This document shows, in pieces, positions 12,783 to 26,447 of a stretch of 64,000 nt of DNA; the stretch's first letter is position 1; every line of letters starts with the position of its first letter. Source of the stretch: Vicugna vicugna (Eukaryota); NCBI GenBank assembly GCA_013265495.1, contig MU058844.1, positions 7,563,260-7,627,259 of the forward strand. Reading direction: 5' to 3'. Under the pieces are notes generated by a model. The model was not told the origin of the DNA, ran no database searches, and saw nothing but the letters and a program-made list of their open reading frames with translations. A program made the translations under genes and the position numbers.

Positions 12783-13269
12783 TAGCAGTAGCTTATATTT
12801 AGAGGATTTTTTTCTTGTTAGTTTACTGAGTGTTTTATACAACATATTCCTCACACGCATGGTGCTTTTTGCTCATGGAGTCTATATTGTTTTGTGTTAA
12901 TTTTCTCCCTACTCGTCATCAGTCAAGACTTGGTGTTTGCCAAAGGAAAGAATGATAACATTTTTTTCTTGATCTCAGCCTTAATTTGTATGGTGGTCTT
13001 TTTACATATCTACAATTGAACTACCTACTGGTCCATCCTGCCAGTTAGCAATTGACAGTTCAAACCAAGAAGTTTGTCTGTTTTTTGTTTTTGTTCTTAT
13101 TTTTTAATTTGAAGACTCTGCCTGTATGCAGCAGTCATTGCCATGAGCCCTGAAAATAACAGTGTAAAGGGTACATCATCCTCTCCAAACAATTATTGAG
13201 AGGCAGAAAGAAATACTTTGTGTCCCAAAGTCAGAAATTGATTCCCAACCTTGTGCATTATGTCCAGGT

Positions 13270-13670
13270 AGTTTCTGTGCATTAATCTGCTTTTGCTGTG
13301 AAACAAAACCTCAGGATCTCAGCGACTTACAGTAACATTTATCTCACTTACTCCTTCAGCTGGGTGGCTCTGCCCCATGTGTCTCCCACTATCCTTGAGG
13401 AAGTGTCTTCCTCGTGGGGACTGGTAGGAGTAACAGAGAAACATGTAGAAACAATATACTTCTTAAGATCTTGGTTTGGAAGTGGCAAACTGTCACATCT
13501 GTCTACATTTCACAGGCCAAGGCACATTAAATAGCCAAGTTCAAAATAAACAAGGCAGGAAAAAAATACTTCGACCATTCTAGCGTGAGCTACCCACTGC
13601 AACATCAAATAGGAAAACGTATCAATTGTATCCTAGAGAGGGAGTGCAGAGCTGGGAATGCAGTGGCAAC
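13270..13670 (-). mobile_element. Old MaLR LTR (MLT1 family)
   Basis: cttttgctgtgaaacaaa...ctcagcgacttacagtaacatttat...gtggcaaactgtcacatctgtctacattt...ggccaaggca pattern. Confidence 0.6.
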
Positions 13671-14329
13671 ACCTACTGCACTCTGCTTCATGAAACAGGC
13701 CCAAAGTATATCTTGTGTTAAAGCAGAAACGGATTTTATTCATAAATTCAGTCTGCTTTATAATGTCTGTCAGTTACTTCCAGAGTCTCTCATTAAATTA
13801 TCTGTCAATCTGAGCTTTTTTCCTGCAAGTTTTTATCTTATTCTGTGTCCAATGGTATGTTAGTGAGAAAATGAATGAGATCTTATTGGAGCTTGGTAGA
13901 AAGTCATGAGATTGAACTGCATGCTCTTCTGTTTTTTAAAACGAGTTGAATTGGACCTCTGTTTATGAAGGATATGAAAACAGTTTTCAAGTTATATGTG
14001 GTGAGATGTAACTTCTCCTTATTGATAGCACAAAGCAACTTTGTAAACTGGGATAAGCCTAGATCCTCTGTCAGCTAGTCTTACCTGTAAAGAAAAGAAA
14101 AATTAGAGTTATTGAAATCAAGCTTTGTGTAATGGCATAGTCTTCAGTAGTGTAGTATACAAAATATTTTTCTGTTTTCCAATCACTTGTTTTAATCATG
14201 CACTATCAAACAAATGAACAAACGACACTTTCTTGTCTCTAAATTATATCTTTGAAAAATCTCATTTTCCAGATACTTTAGAATTTTAATTTTAGCGCAT
14301 TTTAATAACTACTTTTATTTCTGATTTAT

Positions 14330-15620
14330 CTCCTCTGACTGGGAAGGAGCTAGAAGGAACTTTCTGGGATATGGAAGTATTCTATGTCTTGACAGAGATG
14401 TGGGTTACAGAGGTGTATGCATTTGTCAAAAATCAAAAAATGTACATTTAAAATTTGAACATTTCACTAGTATAAATTTTACCATAAAATACTACAAATA
14501 ATTTTTGATTAATTAGCAAGTTTTTTTTCACAATAGCATGGGTTATTGATTCTCAAACTACTTTTTGTGTATTACATAGGTTTGAGCAAGTAAGTAGATG
14601 CATTAAAAATAAGAGGATCCAGGGAGGACAGTGTTGAAGAATTCCTCAGCTTTGTCCACTGAGAGGGTAAAGCAATCACATACCAGAAATCATGAGCACA
14701 TTCAGAAGCCAGATCTTGGTTTCTAACAACCATTTTCCAATAAAGAGAAACAGGGCTCTTGGGGGAAAAAAGACTAAATCTAAGTATAGAAAAAGTGAAT
14801 CTTCCTCAGAACATCTTGTTAGGCCACAAATGAAGAAAGCATTCAAATAATGCTGGAAACACAGAAAAGTATATAAATGCCAGCTTGAAGGCACTCAAAC
14901 TGTTCAATTTAGGGTATTTTAAACACCAAAAGTAAGTAAGAATAACAATAAGGAATTAAGATCCATTGAATAGAGCAGGGATCCATGAAGGCAAGCAGAT
15001 AGGAAGGAGGGAAGGGTTGTTCCTTGTAGTAGACTATCAACAAATATTAATAGAAGTGATGTAATTAGAAAATAATCAATGAATGTTAAAATGATTGAGA
15101 ACCTAAGTTTGATAAGAACACAGTTTCAAAGTATCTCCCCAGAAAGTATTTAATAATTATGAAGGGAAATATAGTGACTTCATAGTAGATAAACTTTGCA
15201 GATAACATTTAACCACATGATCAAATTAATATCGCATGCCTTTTGCATGGCGCCTTCTGTGATAGTCCTGCCAAAAGTGTAATAGCTGACACCAATCCTA
15301 AACAGGCGACAAATCCATACTGAGATATTCCACAATCTACTGATCTATATTATATATACACATATAAAAATAAAATATATATATAAGAGAGAGAAGAGAG
15401 ATGTGTCTTTATCATATATATAAGAAAATATTAAAGAGAAAGATTTTTGTTGATACAGTTGATGAAAAATTTTAATACAGACTGTGAATTAGATAATGTA
15501 AAATGTTAAATGTCCTGATTTTGATAATTACACAATCATTATGTAAGGGGGGTTTCTACTCTTAAGGCATACAGAGTGAAGGATTTAGTGGTAAAAGAAT
15601 GTTTCCAATTTACATGCATA
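14330..15620 (+). mobile_element. L1MC/ME-type 3' UTR fragments
   Basis: gactgggaaggagctagaaggaactttctggg...gtatgcatttgtcaaaaatca; aaagtatctccccaga; gttaaatgtcctgattttgataatt. Confidence 0.7.
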
Positions 15621-16181
15621 CAAATACACACGCTTTATTTTGTTCTTCGTCTTAGGCAAGACCCATGGCTTAAGGAATTTGAAGTAAGAGCAGGAATATG
15701 ATCTATACTTTCGTTCCTCCTTTTCTATGCAACTGGCAAGGAATGGTCAGAATCGGGGGTGGGTAGTGTTTGGTTAATGGTTGAGTGGGGCAGGGCTCCC
15801 TGGACAACCTCTAAACAAATCCTGAAGAGTAGTTATGTCTCCAGTTGTTTGCTGCTCTCTTTAGAAGGTTGCTGTTTTCAGCTGGGGCCCTATCTACTTA
15901 TTAAGAAGGAACAAGAAATATCCTGTTACTCTGTGATATCAGCTTATGTCTGTAACATTCACAGTCTGGATGAAGTAATTACATCCCCACACAGTGTGGG
16001 TAAAGTACAGAATCTTTACAAGCTTGAACTCACTATATACCCTGACTATAATCTAAACATCATTCCACATTCCTGTATGTGGATGATCAAACTGTTATCC
16101 TTGGAACTCGAAATGTTTCATGACATCTAAGTTATACAAGTATAAAACCAGTAAATCACATCAAAATTATTTAAACTCTCC

Positions 16182-16205
16182 GTGTGTGTGTGTGTGTGTG
16201 TGTGT
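16182..16205. repeat. (GT)n microsatellite
   Basis: Visible dinucleotide run. Confidence 0.95.
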
Positions 16206-17479
16206 ATGCTTTATTCTCTCTTTCCATCATATATAGGCTCTATTTTTAAATATACGACCCAGGTCTGAGAACTCTGAGTCAATTAACTTTGCTACTAGAA
16301 ATCTTTATTCAGAAGGGTAGAAAGCAAAGTTTGTGCTGCTCCACAGACCAGGTGTTAAAATTTCCCAGATACCCTCATGGTCCTTGGAGAGCCACTAGCA
16401 AAAAGTTTTACCAAGTAGGAAGACAGCTAAAGAAGTCACTGAAGCGTGGTGTCAGAGAGCTGTAGATAAACAAAGAAAACAAAGATTTATCGAGTAACTG
16501 TGGAAAGAGAATACATGGGTGTGAAGAATGAAATTGCCTCCGGAGGTTTCACTGCAAATATATTGCATCCGTTTTTCTGGAGAGGAAGTACAAAATTGCC
16601 TGATGACATTAAAATGAATGCAGACTGAAAGCAGCAAACATGTAGGAGACCAAAATGACCCCAAAATAAAACTTCACCCCCTACATAATATTTATATTTA
16701 CAGAACTGCGAACCAGCAATCCACTTGCCAACTGTGTCTTCCTTTTGTAACCAGATGATGTATGTCATATAGATGTCAAATTGCACCCAGAATAAGGATA
16801 TGTGACTTTACAATCAGACACTTAATATTTGGAGCAGAAAAGGTCATGTTTGTCTTATGTACAAAGAAATCTAAAGCAACGTTTCTCAGTAACAGTCAGG
16901 CTATCATTCAGTGTATAACATACAATGGCTGCTATGAAGAGAAAAATTGCTTTGGACTCTGTCATTCAGAATTCCAAGATCATAGACAAATAAGTTTTTG
17001 TGTCTCAGTATACTTACTTGTAAAGTAAGACAATGACAATTTTTTTGGTAATTTCTAACAATTGTCGAATTTTGACTCCAAATACTTATAGAAAAATATC
17101 TTTTAGAGCCTCTTACTTTAGAGAGAAAATTAGTTTTAAATTCTGTATAATTGTGGACCAAATAAAGCTTTCTTTTCTAAGCCTACTGCAACAAAGAAAC
17201 GGATTTGTTCAAAACTAACAATTAAATGCCAAGTCCTCAAGTAAGGCAGGAACCTTGAAAGATGATGCTTGGCATTCTCACAACCTTCCCTTTCCTCATT
17301 GTTTCTAGAATAACTAGGGCCAGGTCTCAGCATGGCCTCACTAAGGTAATACCGTGCCTAGGGAAGGGGGTGCATGATGTTTGTTTGTTTGCTTGTTTTT
17401 AACTTGCTCAGTCTGTTGAGAAGGTTTATAAACAATTATATACTAATAACAATGAGAACACCTAGAAGTCAAATGTTTT

Positions 17480-18630
17480 TTTCTAAATATAATTCCTTAT
17501 AGAAAAACACTGATTTTTAGGAGTGAGGAAGGGAAGGCCCACATGAGACTAGAGCATTTTGTTATGCTAGAAAATAAAATGTTCTAAGAATGATGGAACA
17601 GGTCAAAAGACACAAGGATTATGTTGAGGGGCTCACACTGATCACCTCAGGTACATCCAGTAAATAATGATCATAGTAGATTTTAACTCATTGAAGAAAC
17701 AGTGGTCGGTAAGTCCATACTGATTTATATGCATGCATGGGTGTGCTTTTTATTGAAGTTCAGTGTCAAATAAAAAGTATAGAAAAAGCTGATGCTGTGA
17801 GAAAATCATCAGTGGGTATTTAAATAAGAGTAAAAGTTAAATGAAGAATAGGATAATGGCATAAAATAAAAGTATCTCCCACACATTACTTAAGAACAAA
17901 GGGAAGAAAATGGAATTTTTATAGTGGAGAAACTGCCACAGGCAAACACCACATTAATCACATGATCAAACTGACCATTACCAATATTGGGGCAAAATGG
18001 TATCATGCATTTCCTGATATAATGTCATGTGAAAAATTCCACCTCTCTTCCATCATATCCCTGCCCAAAACACATCATCTAAGCCTAATCATGAGGAAAC
18101 AGAAGAATCCAAATTGAAGGATATTCTACAAAATAATTGCCCTCCGCTTTTCACAAAAGTCAAATTCAAAAAGACAAAGCTTGTGAAAGTTTTTCAGATT
18201 AATGGAGACCAAGGAGAAAGGATACCTAAATGCAATGTGTGTTCTTGAACTAGATCCTGGACTGGGAAATAGAACAGCTATGAAAAACACTATTAACCAC
18301 ATTATGGAGGTGGAATCTGAATATGGTCTCTGGATTAAATAGCAAAATTATATTACTGTCCATTTTTATTTTGGTAGTTGTGCTATGGTTACTAAGAGAA
18401 TGTCCTTGTTGCTAAGAAATAAACACTTAACATACCTTCTTTAACATATTTTATCTGCAACTTACTCTCAAATAATTCAGAAGAAATATATTCCCAGAGA
18501 GACAATAAAAATGCAGTTAGAACAAAATATAAATATTGCTGAATCTGAGTAAGGGGTAAACAAGAGAGCCTTGTATTATCCTTGCAACTTTTTCTGAATT
18601 TTTGAAAGTATGTTGAAATTAAAAAAATAA
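17480..18630 (+). mobile_element. L1MC-type 3' UTR
   Basis: gactagagcattttgttatgctagaaaataaa; ctaatcatgaggaaac; taaatgcaatgtgtgttcttgaactagatcctgg; ends in A-rich aaattaaaaaaataaaa. Confidence 0.75.
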
Positions 18631-18957
18631 AAATCAGGAATGTGGAAGCAGAGGGAGAATTTAGTTCACTACAGTGGAAATTAATGACACCCTCCCCTTG
18701 TCTTAACAGTTGTCTCAGTTCTCAATCTCAGAGCCAATCAATTACAGGGGTAGCTGGGTTCTCACGAGGAAGAACCCTACAACACCCTGCAAGTCTGTGC
18801 AGCGCTCCTTCACATTTCCCCAGAGTAACCGTCTCTGTGGAAAGGAGAACAATCGGTTCATTCAGTGGTTACTGCTTACAAGAGTCTATAAGCTGACAGC
18901 AATTGTATATGTGTGTGCATAAATATATATAAATTTTTTAAAGGAAGAGAATGGGTA

Positions 18958-19095
18958 GAGGTGTACTGGTAGGCCAGCTCTCTGGGGAAAAAAAATCCTG
19001 ATTTATAGTGTTTGCTGATTTCTGTGGTGTAAATCCACCCAACACGGTCAATTTCAAGTTCCCAACAGTTTAACAACTGGCTCATAAATTCTTTT
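18958..19095. mobile_element. MER63-like hAT DNA transposon fragment
   Basis: cctgatttatagtgtttgctgatttctgtggtgtaaatccacccaacacggtcaatttcaag resembles MER63. Confidence 0.6.
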
Positions 19096-19114
19096 AGAAT
19101 TTTTCCCATTTGTC

Positions 19115-20425
19115 ATTTTATTGAGATATTGACATAAACCATTATCTCAGTTTCAGGTGTCCAACATAATGAATCAGTATTTGTATATATTGCAAAATGA
19201 TCCCCACGATAACTCTAGTTAACATCTGACCCCATACATGGTTACAATTTTTTGTGTGTGAAGAGGACTTTTAAGATCTACATTCTTAGCAACTTTCATA
19301 TATACAATACAGTATTATTAACTACAGTTGACCCCTGAACAACACAGGTTTGAACTGTGCAGGTCCACTTATCCATCGGGTTTTTTCAACAGTAAATACC
19401 ACAATACTGCACCATCCATGGTTGGCTGAATTCAAGGATGGGGAGCTGTGAATACAGGGAGCCACCGATATGAAGAGCTAGGTTACATGTGGATTTTCAT
19501 CTTCGTGGAGTTTCAGCACTCCTAACCGCATGTTGTTCAAGGATCATCTGTATAGTCACCAGGCTATAACATAAAGATATACTTAAATATAAGTGGAAGT
19601 TTGTACCATTTGATTCCCTTTACCCATTTTGCCCAACCCCATGTCTCCAACTCTCTATTTATGAGCTTTTTAAAAAATTCCTTATGTACATGAATCAAAT
19701 GGTATTTTTGTCTGACTTCACTTAGCATCACACTCTCAAGTTCTATCCATATTGTCACAAATGGCAAGATATCCTCTTTTATGTGACTGAATAGTATTCC
19801 ATTATATATATACATTCCACATCTTTATTCATTCATCCATTGATGGACACTTAGATTCTTTTTGTATCTTGGCTATTGAAAATAATGCTGCAATGCGTGG
19901 GGGTGGATACATCATTTTTTGTTTGTTGTTGTTGTTGTTTTGTTTTTTCAATTTTCTTTGGATAAATACCCAGAAGTGTAATTGCTGGGTTACTTGGTAG
20001 TTCTAGTTTTATCTTTTTTTGAAGAACTTCCATACTGTTTTCCATAGGGTCTGTACCAATTTAAATTCCCACCAACAGTGCACAAAGGTCCCCTTTTCTC
20101 CATATCATCACCACTACCTTTTATTTCTTGTCTTTTTGGTAACAGCCATCCTAACAAGTGTGAGGTAATATCTTCAGGTGGTTGTGATTTGAATTTTTCT
20201 GAGGATTAGTGATGCTGAGCATCTTTTTACGTAACTGTTGGCCATCTGTATTTCTTCTTTGAAAAAATTATTCAAATTTTCTGCTTATTTTTTAATCAGA
20301 ATGTTACTGTTGCTCTTGAATTGTCTGAGTTCTTTGGACGTTAACTCCTTATCAGATGTATGATTTGTGAATATTTTCTCCCAGTCAGTACGTTGCCTTT
20401 TCATTTGGCTGACAATTTCCTTTAG
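19115..20425 (-). mobile_element. L1 3' end (L1MA-type), interrupted by a Tigger MITE
   Basis: Reverse-complement L1 3'UTR/ORF2 end; minus ORFs 19564-19815 and 19851-20045 carry ILPFVTIWIELE and LELPSNPAITLLGIYP. Confidence 0.85.
19325..19550. mobile_element. Tigger1-derived MITE
   Basis: TIRs cagttgacccctgaacaaca...tgttgttcaaggatcatctg; TA duplication at 19323-19324 and 19551-19552. Confidence 0.85.
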
Positions 20426-20575
20426 TGATATTATACTCCAGGTGTAATAGAGATTAGTGATGCTTTACACAGTGATAAAACTAAAGTATGCATGGGTGCT
20501 TGTCCCTATCACAATCCTTTTAATTTACTAGTGTAAACCCTGCAAAAGCCAGGGACAATGGTGGCAAAGGTGAAT
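20425..20575 (+). mobile_element. ERVL-type pol (RT) relic, resuming at about 21358-21428
   Basis: ccttttaatttactagtgtaaaccctgcaaaagccagg resembles PFNSPVWPLQKPDG; atagctgctgtcttactagatgtagta...gaacag resembles IAAAVPDVVSLLEQ. Confidence 0.55.
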
Positions 20576-21357
20576 GTGTTAGATATTGACTGCTGCAAGA
20601 CAAATCACTACAGAACATAGTGAATGAAAACAATACACATTTATTGTCCAAGGGTTCTGTAAGTGAGAAGTCTGAGCACAGTTTAGGTCTTCTGCCTTAG
20701 GGTCTCAAGAGACTATAAGCCACATGTAGGCTAGAGCTGCGGTTTCGTCAAAGGGTCAACTGTGGAAACACCTGCTTCAGAAATCCTTCAGTTTGTTGGC
20801 AATATTCCAGTGTTTGCAGGGCTGAGTTTCATGTTCCTACTGGAGATTACTCTTGTACAAAGAGGCTACCCACTGTTCTTTGACACATGGGGTTTCTAAC
20901 ATGGCTCTTGCTTCATGGCAGCTTGCTTCTTTAAGCCAACAAGGGGCATTTCTACCATACCGGCTTTAAGATGGAGTTTGCATATATCATAATTACAGTA
21001 GTGATATCCTGATACCTTTGCCATATTCCACTGATTAGAAGCAAGTAAAGGGAACAGAAGGGATAAATTGAGAGTTTGAGATTTGCAGATACTAACTATT
21101 ATATATAAAATAGATAAATAAGTTTATATTGTATAGCACAGGGAACTATATTCAATATCTTGTAACCTATAATGAAAAAGAACATGAAAACAAACATATG
21201 TATGTATATGTATGACTGAACTATTATGCTGTACACCAGAAATTGACACAACATTGTAAACTGACTATATTTCAAATTAAAAAAATATTTTAAAAAAGAT
21301 CATGTAGAGCAGTAGGCAGGAGTCATTGGGAGTTAGTTTAGTGTCTGTTCACTAGAG
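20576..21357 (-). mobile_element. MaLR LTR (MLT1 family) with nested young L1 3' tail (about 21048-21297, plus)
   Basis: tattgactgctgcaagacaaatcactac...acatttattgtc...ttctgtaagtgagaagtctgagcacag; nested gggataaattgagagtttgagatttgcagat...aattaaaaaa. Confidence 0.75.
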
Positions 21358-22004
21358 TGCACTTCTGTAAACTTTCTTAATCATAGCTGCTGTCTTACTA
21401 GATGTAGTATATTGATCTGAACAGAGGGATATTTCATAATGATAAAGGAATTCTCTCAGGAGGATATTATAATGCTAAATCTTTATGTACCTGTAGCATA
21501 ACTAAAAATTTAAGCCTATCAAAATGCCTATAAACAGAATGGGTTAAAAAAAAAACACTATGGCATAGTCACACAATGGAATATTACAATGCAATGAGAT
21601 TGAACAAACTCCAATTGGTTTTTAGAAACAGTTTGAGATATAACTCATCTAAAATAGTTATGCATGTGTATTTTTACAGAAATGAGAGGACAAAAACACT
21701 GACTTCATATAATAAAACAAATCTAAACAAAAATTACATGTAGCTTATTTTTATTGCCAAAAATATGAACTGTCATGAATATTTATCTTTTATGACACCA
21801 AACAGCTTTAAAACAACATCTGAAAATACACAAAAAATAAGGCCAATTTAAATTGAGTAATTCTTAAACTTTGGGTTTAACAAATAGAGATTTCTTCAAA
21901 CTAACTTTATGTGATTAATCCATCACCTTGGCAACATTAGATTATTCTGACTTGTACTATATATTTACCTTTACCATTCATATTTATACTTTCATGTTTT
22001 TTAA

Positions 22005-24845
22005 ATATTTTTTATTGAGTTATAGTCATTTTACAATGTTGTGTCAAATTCCAGTGTAGAGCACAATTTTTCAGTTATACATGAACATACATATATTCAT
22101 TGTCACATTCTCTTTCACTGTGAGCCACCACAAGATCCTGTATATATTTCCCTGTGCTACACAGTACAATTTTGTTTATCTATTCTACATTTTGAAATCC
22201 CAGTCCCTTCTCACCCCCTGTCCCCCTGGCAACCACAAGTTTGTATTCTATGTCTATGAGTCTATGTCTATGCTGTGGCTAGGACTTCTAAGACGATGTT
22301 GAATAGGAGTGGTGATACTGGGCAGACTTGTCCCAGATTTTAGTGGGAAGCTTTTGAGTTTTTCACTGTTGAGTACTATGCTGGCTGTAGGTTTGTCATA
22401 TATACCTTTTATTATGTTGAGATATGTTCCCTCTATACCTACTTTGATGAGAGTTTTTATCATAAATGGGTGTTGAATTTTATCAAAAGCTTTTTCTGCA
22501 TCTATTGAGATGATCATGTGGTTTTTGTCCTTTCTCTTGTTGACGGGATGTATTACATTGATTGATTTGCATATGTTGAACCACCCTTGTGTCCCTGGGA
22601 TGAACCCCACTTGATCATGATGTATAATCTTTTTTATGTGCTGTTGGATTCTATTTGCTAGTATTTTGGTAAGGATTTTGGCATCTATGTTCATCAGTGA
22701 TATTGGTCTGTAATTCTAGTTGGTGGTGGTGTCTTTGCCTGGTTTTGGTATCAGGGTGATAGTAGCTTCATAGAATGAGTTTGGGAGTATTTCCTCTTTT
22801 TCAGTCTTCTGGAAGAATTTGTGGAGGACTGGTATGAGTTCTTTGTATGTTTGGTAGAATTCCCCAGTGAAGCCATTCAGTCCTGGACTTTTATTTGTAG
22901 GGAGGTTTTTTATTGCTAATTTGATTTCATTTCTAGTGATCAGTTTGTTCAAGTAGTCAGTTTCTTCTTGATTCAGTCTTGGTGGACTGTATTGTTTCCA
23001 GAAACTTGTCCATCTCCTCAAAGTCATCCATTTTAGTTCCATATAGTTTTTTTATAATATTCTCATATGATATTCTGTATTTCTATGTTGTTTGTTGTAA
23101 TTTCTCCATTTTCCTTTCTTATTTTGCTTATTTGTGCTCTCTCTTTTTTCTTCTTTGTGAGTTTGGCCAGACATTTGTCGATTTTATTTACTCTTTCAAA
23201 AAACCAGCTTTTGGTTTGATGGATTTTTTCCTATTTTTTGTAATCTCTATTTTATTTATTTCCTCCCTGGTCTTTATTATTTCCTTCCTTCTGCTGACTT
23301 TTGGGTGTCTTTGCTCTTCTTTTTCTAGTTCTATGAGCTGGTAGGTTAGATTGTTTATTTGAGATTGTTCTTTTTTGAGGAAGGCCTGTATCACTATAAA
23401 CTTCCCTCTTAGCACTGCCTTTGCTGCGTCCCATAAGTTTTGTGAGGTTGTGTTTTCATTTTCATTTGTCTCAAGTTATTTTTTAATTTCAGCTTTGATT
23501 TCATGATTGACCCATTGGTTTTTTAATAGCGTATTATTTAACGTGATGTTTAATCTCCATGCTTTCCTTTTTTTTCTCCTTTGTTTCTCTGTAGTTGATT
23601 TCTAGTTTCATGGCATTGTGGTCAGTAAAGATGATTGACATAATTTCTATCTTCTTAAAATTGTTGAGGCTTCTTTTGTGCCCAAGTACACGATCAATCC
23701 TAGATAATGTTCCATGTGCACTTGAAAAGAATGTATATCCTATTTTTGGTGGGTGTAATGCTCTGAAAATATCCACCAAATCTAATTTTTCTATTGTATT
23801 ATTTAATTCTCTGTTGCCTTATTTATTTTCTGTCTGGAATGTCTGGAAGTCTAGTGATGTTAATGCGGTGTTAAAATCTCTGACAATGATTGTATTCCCA
23901 TCAATTTCCTCCTTTATCTCTGTTAGTAGTTGTTTTAAGTACTTAGGTGCTCCTATGTTGAGTGCATATATATTAACAATTGTAATATCCTCATCTTGTA
24001 TCACTCCTTTGATCATTATAAAATGTCCTTTTTCTTTATGGCCCTTGTTTTAAAGTCTATTTTGTCTGAAATCAGTACTGCAACACCTGCTTTTTTGGCT
24101 TTTCCATTTGCATGGAATATCCTTTTCCATCCTTTCACTTTCAGTCTGTATGTGTCCTTCTCTCTAAAGTGGGTCTCTTGTATGCAGCATATTGAAGGTT
24201 CTTGCTTTATTATCCAGTCTGCCACTCTACGTCTTTTGACTGGAGCATTTAGTTCATTAACATTTACAGTAATTAATGATAGATGTGTGTTTATTGCCAT
24301 TTTGAACTTATTTTTGCAGTTGATTTGGTATTTCCTCTTTGTTCCTTTTTTCTTCCTTTTGTGGTTCATTAATTTTCCTTTGTATTATCTTGGATTTTAT
24401 TTAGTTTTTCTGACTCACTTGTTATACTTTCATATGTTTTTATGTTACTAATTGGTGCTCTTTTGTTTCAGCTTAAAACAGTACCCTTTAACATTTCTTG
24501 CAAGACCAGTCTAGTGGTAGTAAACTCCTTTACTTTTTGGCTATCTAGAAAACTCTTTACCTCTCCTTCAATTCCAGTGGACAGCCTTGCTGGGTATATT
24601 ATTCTTTGTTGTTGTTGTTGTTTTCTTTCAGCATTTTGAGTATATTGTACCACTCCCTTCTGGCATGCAAAGTTTCTGCTGAAAATTCTGCTGATAGTCT
24701 TATGGGGTCCCTTTGTACTTACAAGTTGTTTTGCCCTTGTTGCTTTAATATTATGTGTGTCAGTGTGGGCCCCTTTGTGTTTCCCAGATCTGGATGCATG
24801 TTTCCTTATTCTGGTTAGTGAAGTTTACAATTGTAATATTTTCAG
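22005..24845 (-). mobile_element. L1 with internal ORF2 deletion near 22270 (3'UTR, ORF2 5' half, ORF1 3' part)
   Basis: Minus ORFs give L1 EN/RT peptides: [73 protein letters not shown]. Confidence 0.95.
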
Positions 24846-24854
24846 GACTCTACC

Positions 24855-26447
24855 TTTTTGATTGCAATATAACTGACGTATATTAGTTTCAAGTGTGCAA
24901 CATAATGATTTGATACTCATACATATATTGTGAAATGATCACCACAATAAGTCTAGTTAATGTCTGTCACCATAGTTACAGAAAATAATTTTTTTCTTGC
25001 AATGAGGATTTTTAAGATCTATCCTCTTAGGTTTCAAATATGTGATACAGTATTATTTACTATAGTCACCATGCTTTCTATTACATCCTCATGACTTATT
25101 TATTTTGTGACTGGAAGTTTGTACCTTTTTTTGACTACCTTCACACATTTTTTCAACTCCTCATCCCCCCACCTCTGGCAGCCACTAATCAGTTCTCTGT
25201 ATCTATGAACATGGTTTTGTTTGTTGTAGATACCACATCTAAGTGAGATCATACAGGATTTGTCTCCCTCTGTCTGACTTATTTCACTTAGCATAATGCC
25301 CTCAAGTACATCCATATTGCTGCAAATGGCAATATTTTGTTCTTTTTAATGGCTGAGTAGTATTCCAGTATGTGTGCGTGTATGTGTGAGTCAATGTACC
25401 ACATCTCCTTTATGCAGTTTTCTATTGATGGACACTTAGGCTGCTTCCATATCTTGGCAATTGTAAATACTGCTGCAATGAACATTGGGGTGCACGTATC
25501 TTTTCAAATTAATGTTTGTATTTTCTTCAGAGAAATACCCAGAAATGGAATTGCTAGACCATATGGTAGTTTTTTTTTTTTTTGAGGAAACTTCCTGCTG
25601 TTTTTCATAGTGACTGCACCATTTATATCATCATCAACATTGCACAAGGGTTCCTTTTTTCTCCACATCCTTGTCAACGTTTATTATTTGTGCTCTTTCT
25701 GGTAGTAGCCATTCTGACAGGTTTGAGATGATACCTCATTGTGGTTTTGATTTGCATTTCCCTGATGATTAGTGATGAGTGTTTTTTCATGTGCCTGTTG
25801 GCTTTGGGAAAATGTATATTCAGATCTTCTGCAAATTTTGTAGCTGGATTTTTATTGCTATTGAGTTATAAGAATTTTTAAAATTATATTTTAGATTTTA
25901 ACCCCTTATCTGATAATTTGCAAAAATTGTCTCCCATTCAATTGGTTGCTTTTTCATTTTGTTAATAGTTTCCTTCAGTGTGTAAAAGATTCTCAGTTTG
26001 ATGTAATCCCACTTATTTATTTTTGCTTTTTTTGCCTTTGCTTTTTGGAGTCAGATCAAAAACTAATTGCTAAGACCAATGTCAAGGTGCTTACCACCTA
26101 TTTTTCTTCTAGGAGTTTTATGGTTTCAGGTCTTTACATTCAAGTCTTTAATCCATTTTGAGTTAAGTTTTGTGTATAATGGAAGGCAGCAGTCTAGTTT
26201 CATTCTTTTGCATGTGATTGTCCAGTTTTCCAAATATCACTTATTGGAAAGACTGTCCTTTCCCCACTGTATATTCTTCACTCTTTTGTTGTAAATTAAT
26301 TGACTATGTATATTGGTGGGTTTATTTTGGACTCTATTCTGTTCCACTGATCTGTGTTTTTATGGCAGTCCAATACTGTTTGATTATTACAGCTTTATTA
26401 TATAGTGTGAAATCAGGGAGCATGGATTCTACTTTGTTTTCATCATA
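24855..26447 (-). mobile_element. L1 3' end (L1MA-type)
   Basis: MFIAAVFTIAKIWKQPKCPS and MDVLEGIMLSEISQTE in minus ORFs; T-rich tail at 24855. Confidence 0.9.

Noticed and set aside
16490..16630. ILHPFFW in a plus frame, resembling kinase subdomain XI of IRE1/RNase L
   Set aside because: An isolated short motif with no other kinase subdomains.
22254..24653. RT/endonuclease ORFs as a functional or novel reverse-transcriptase system
   Set aside because: Ordinary fragmented L1 ORF2 with frameshifts and an internal deletion.
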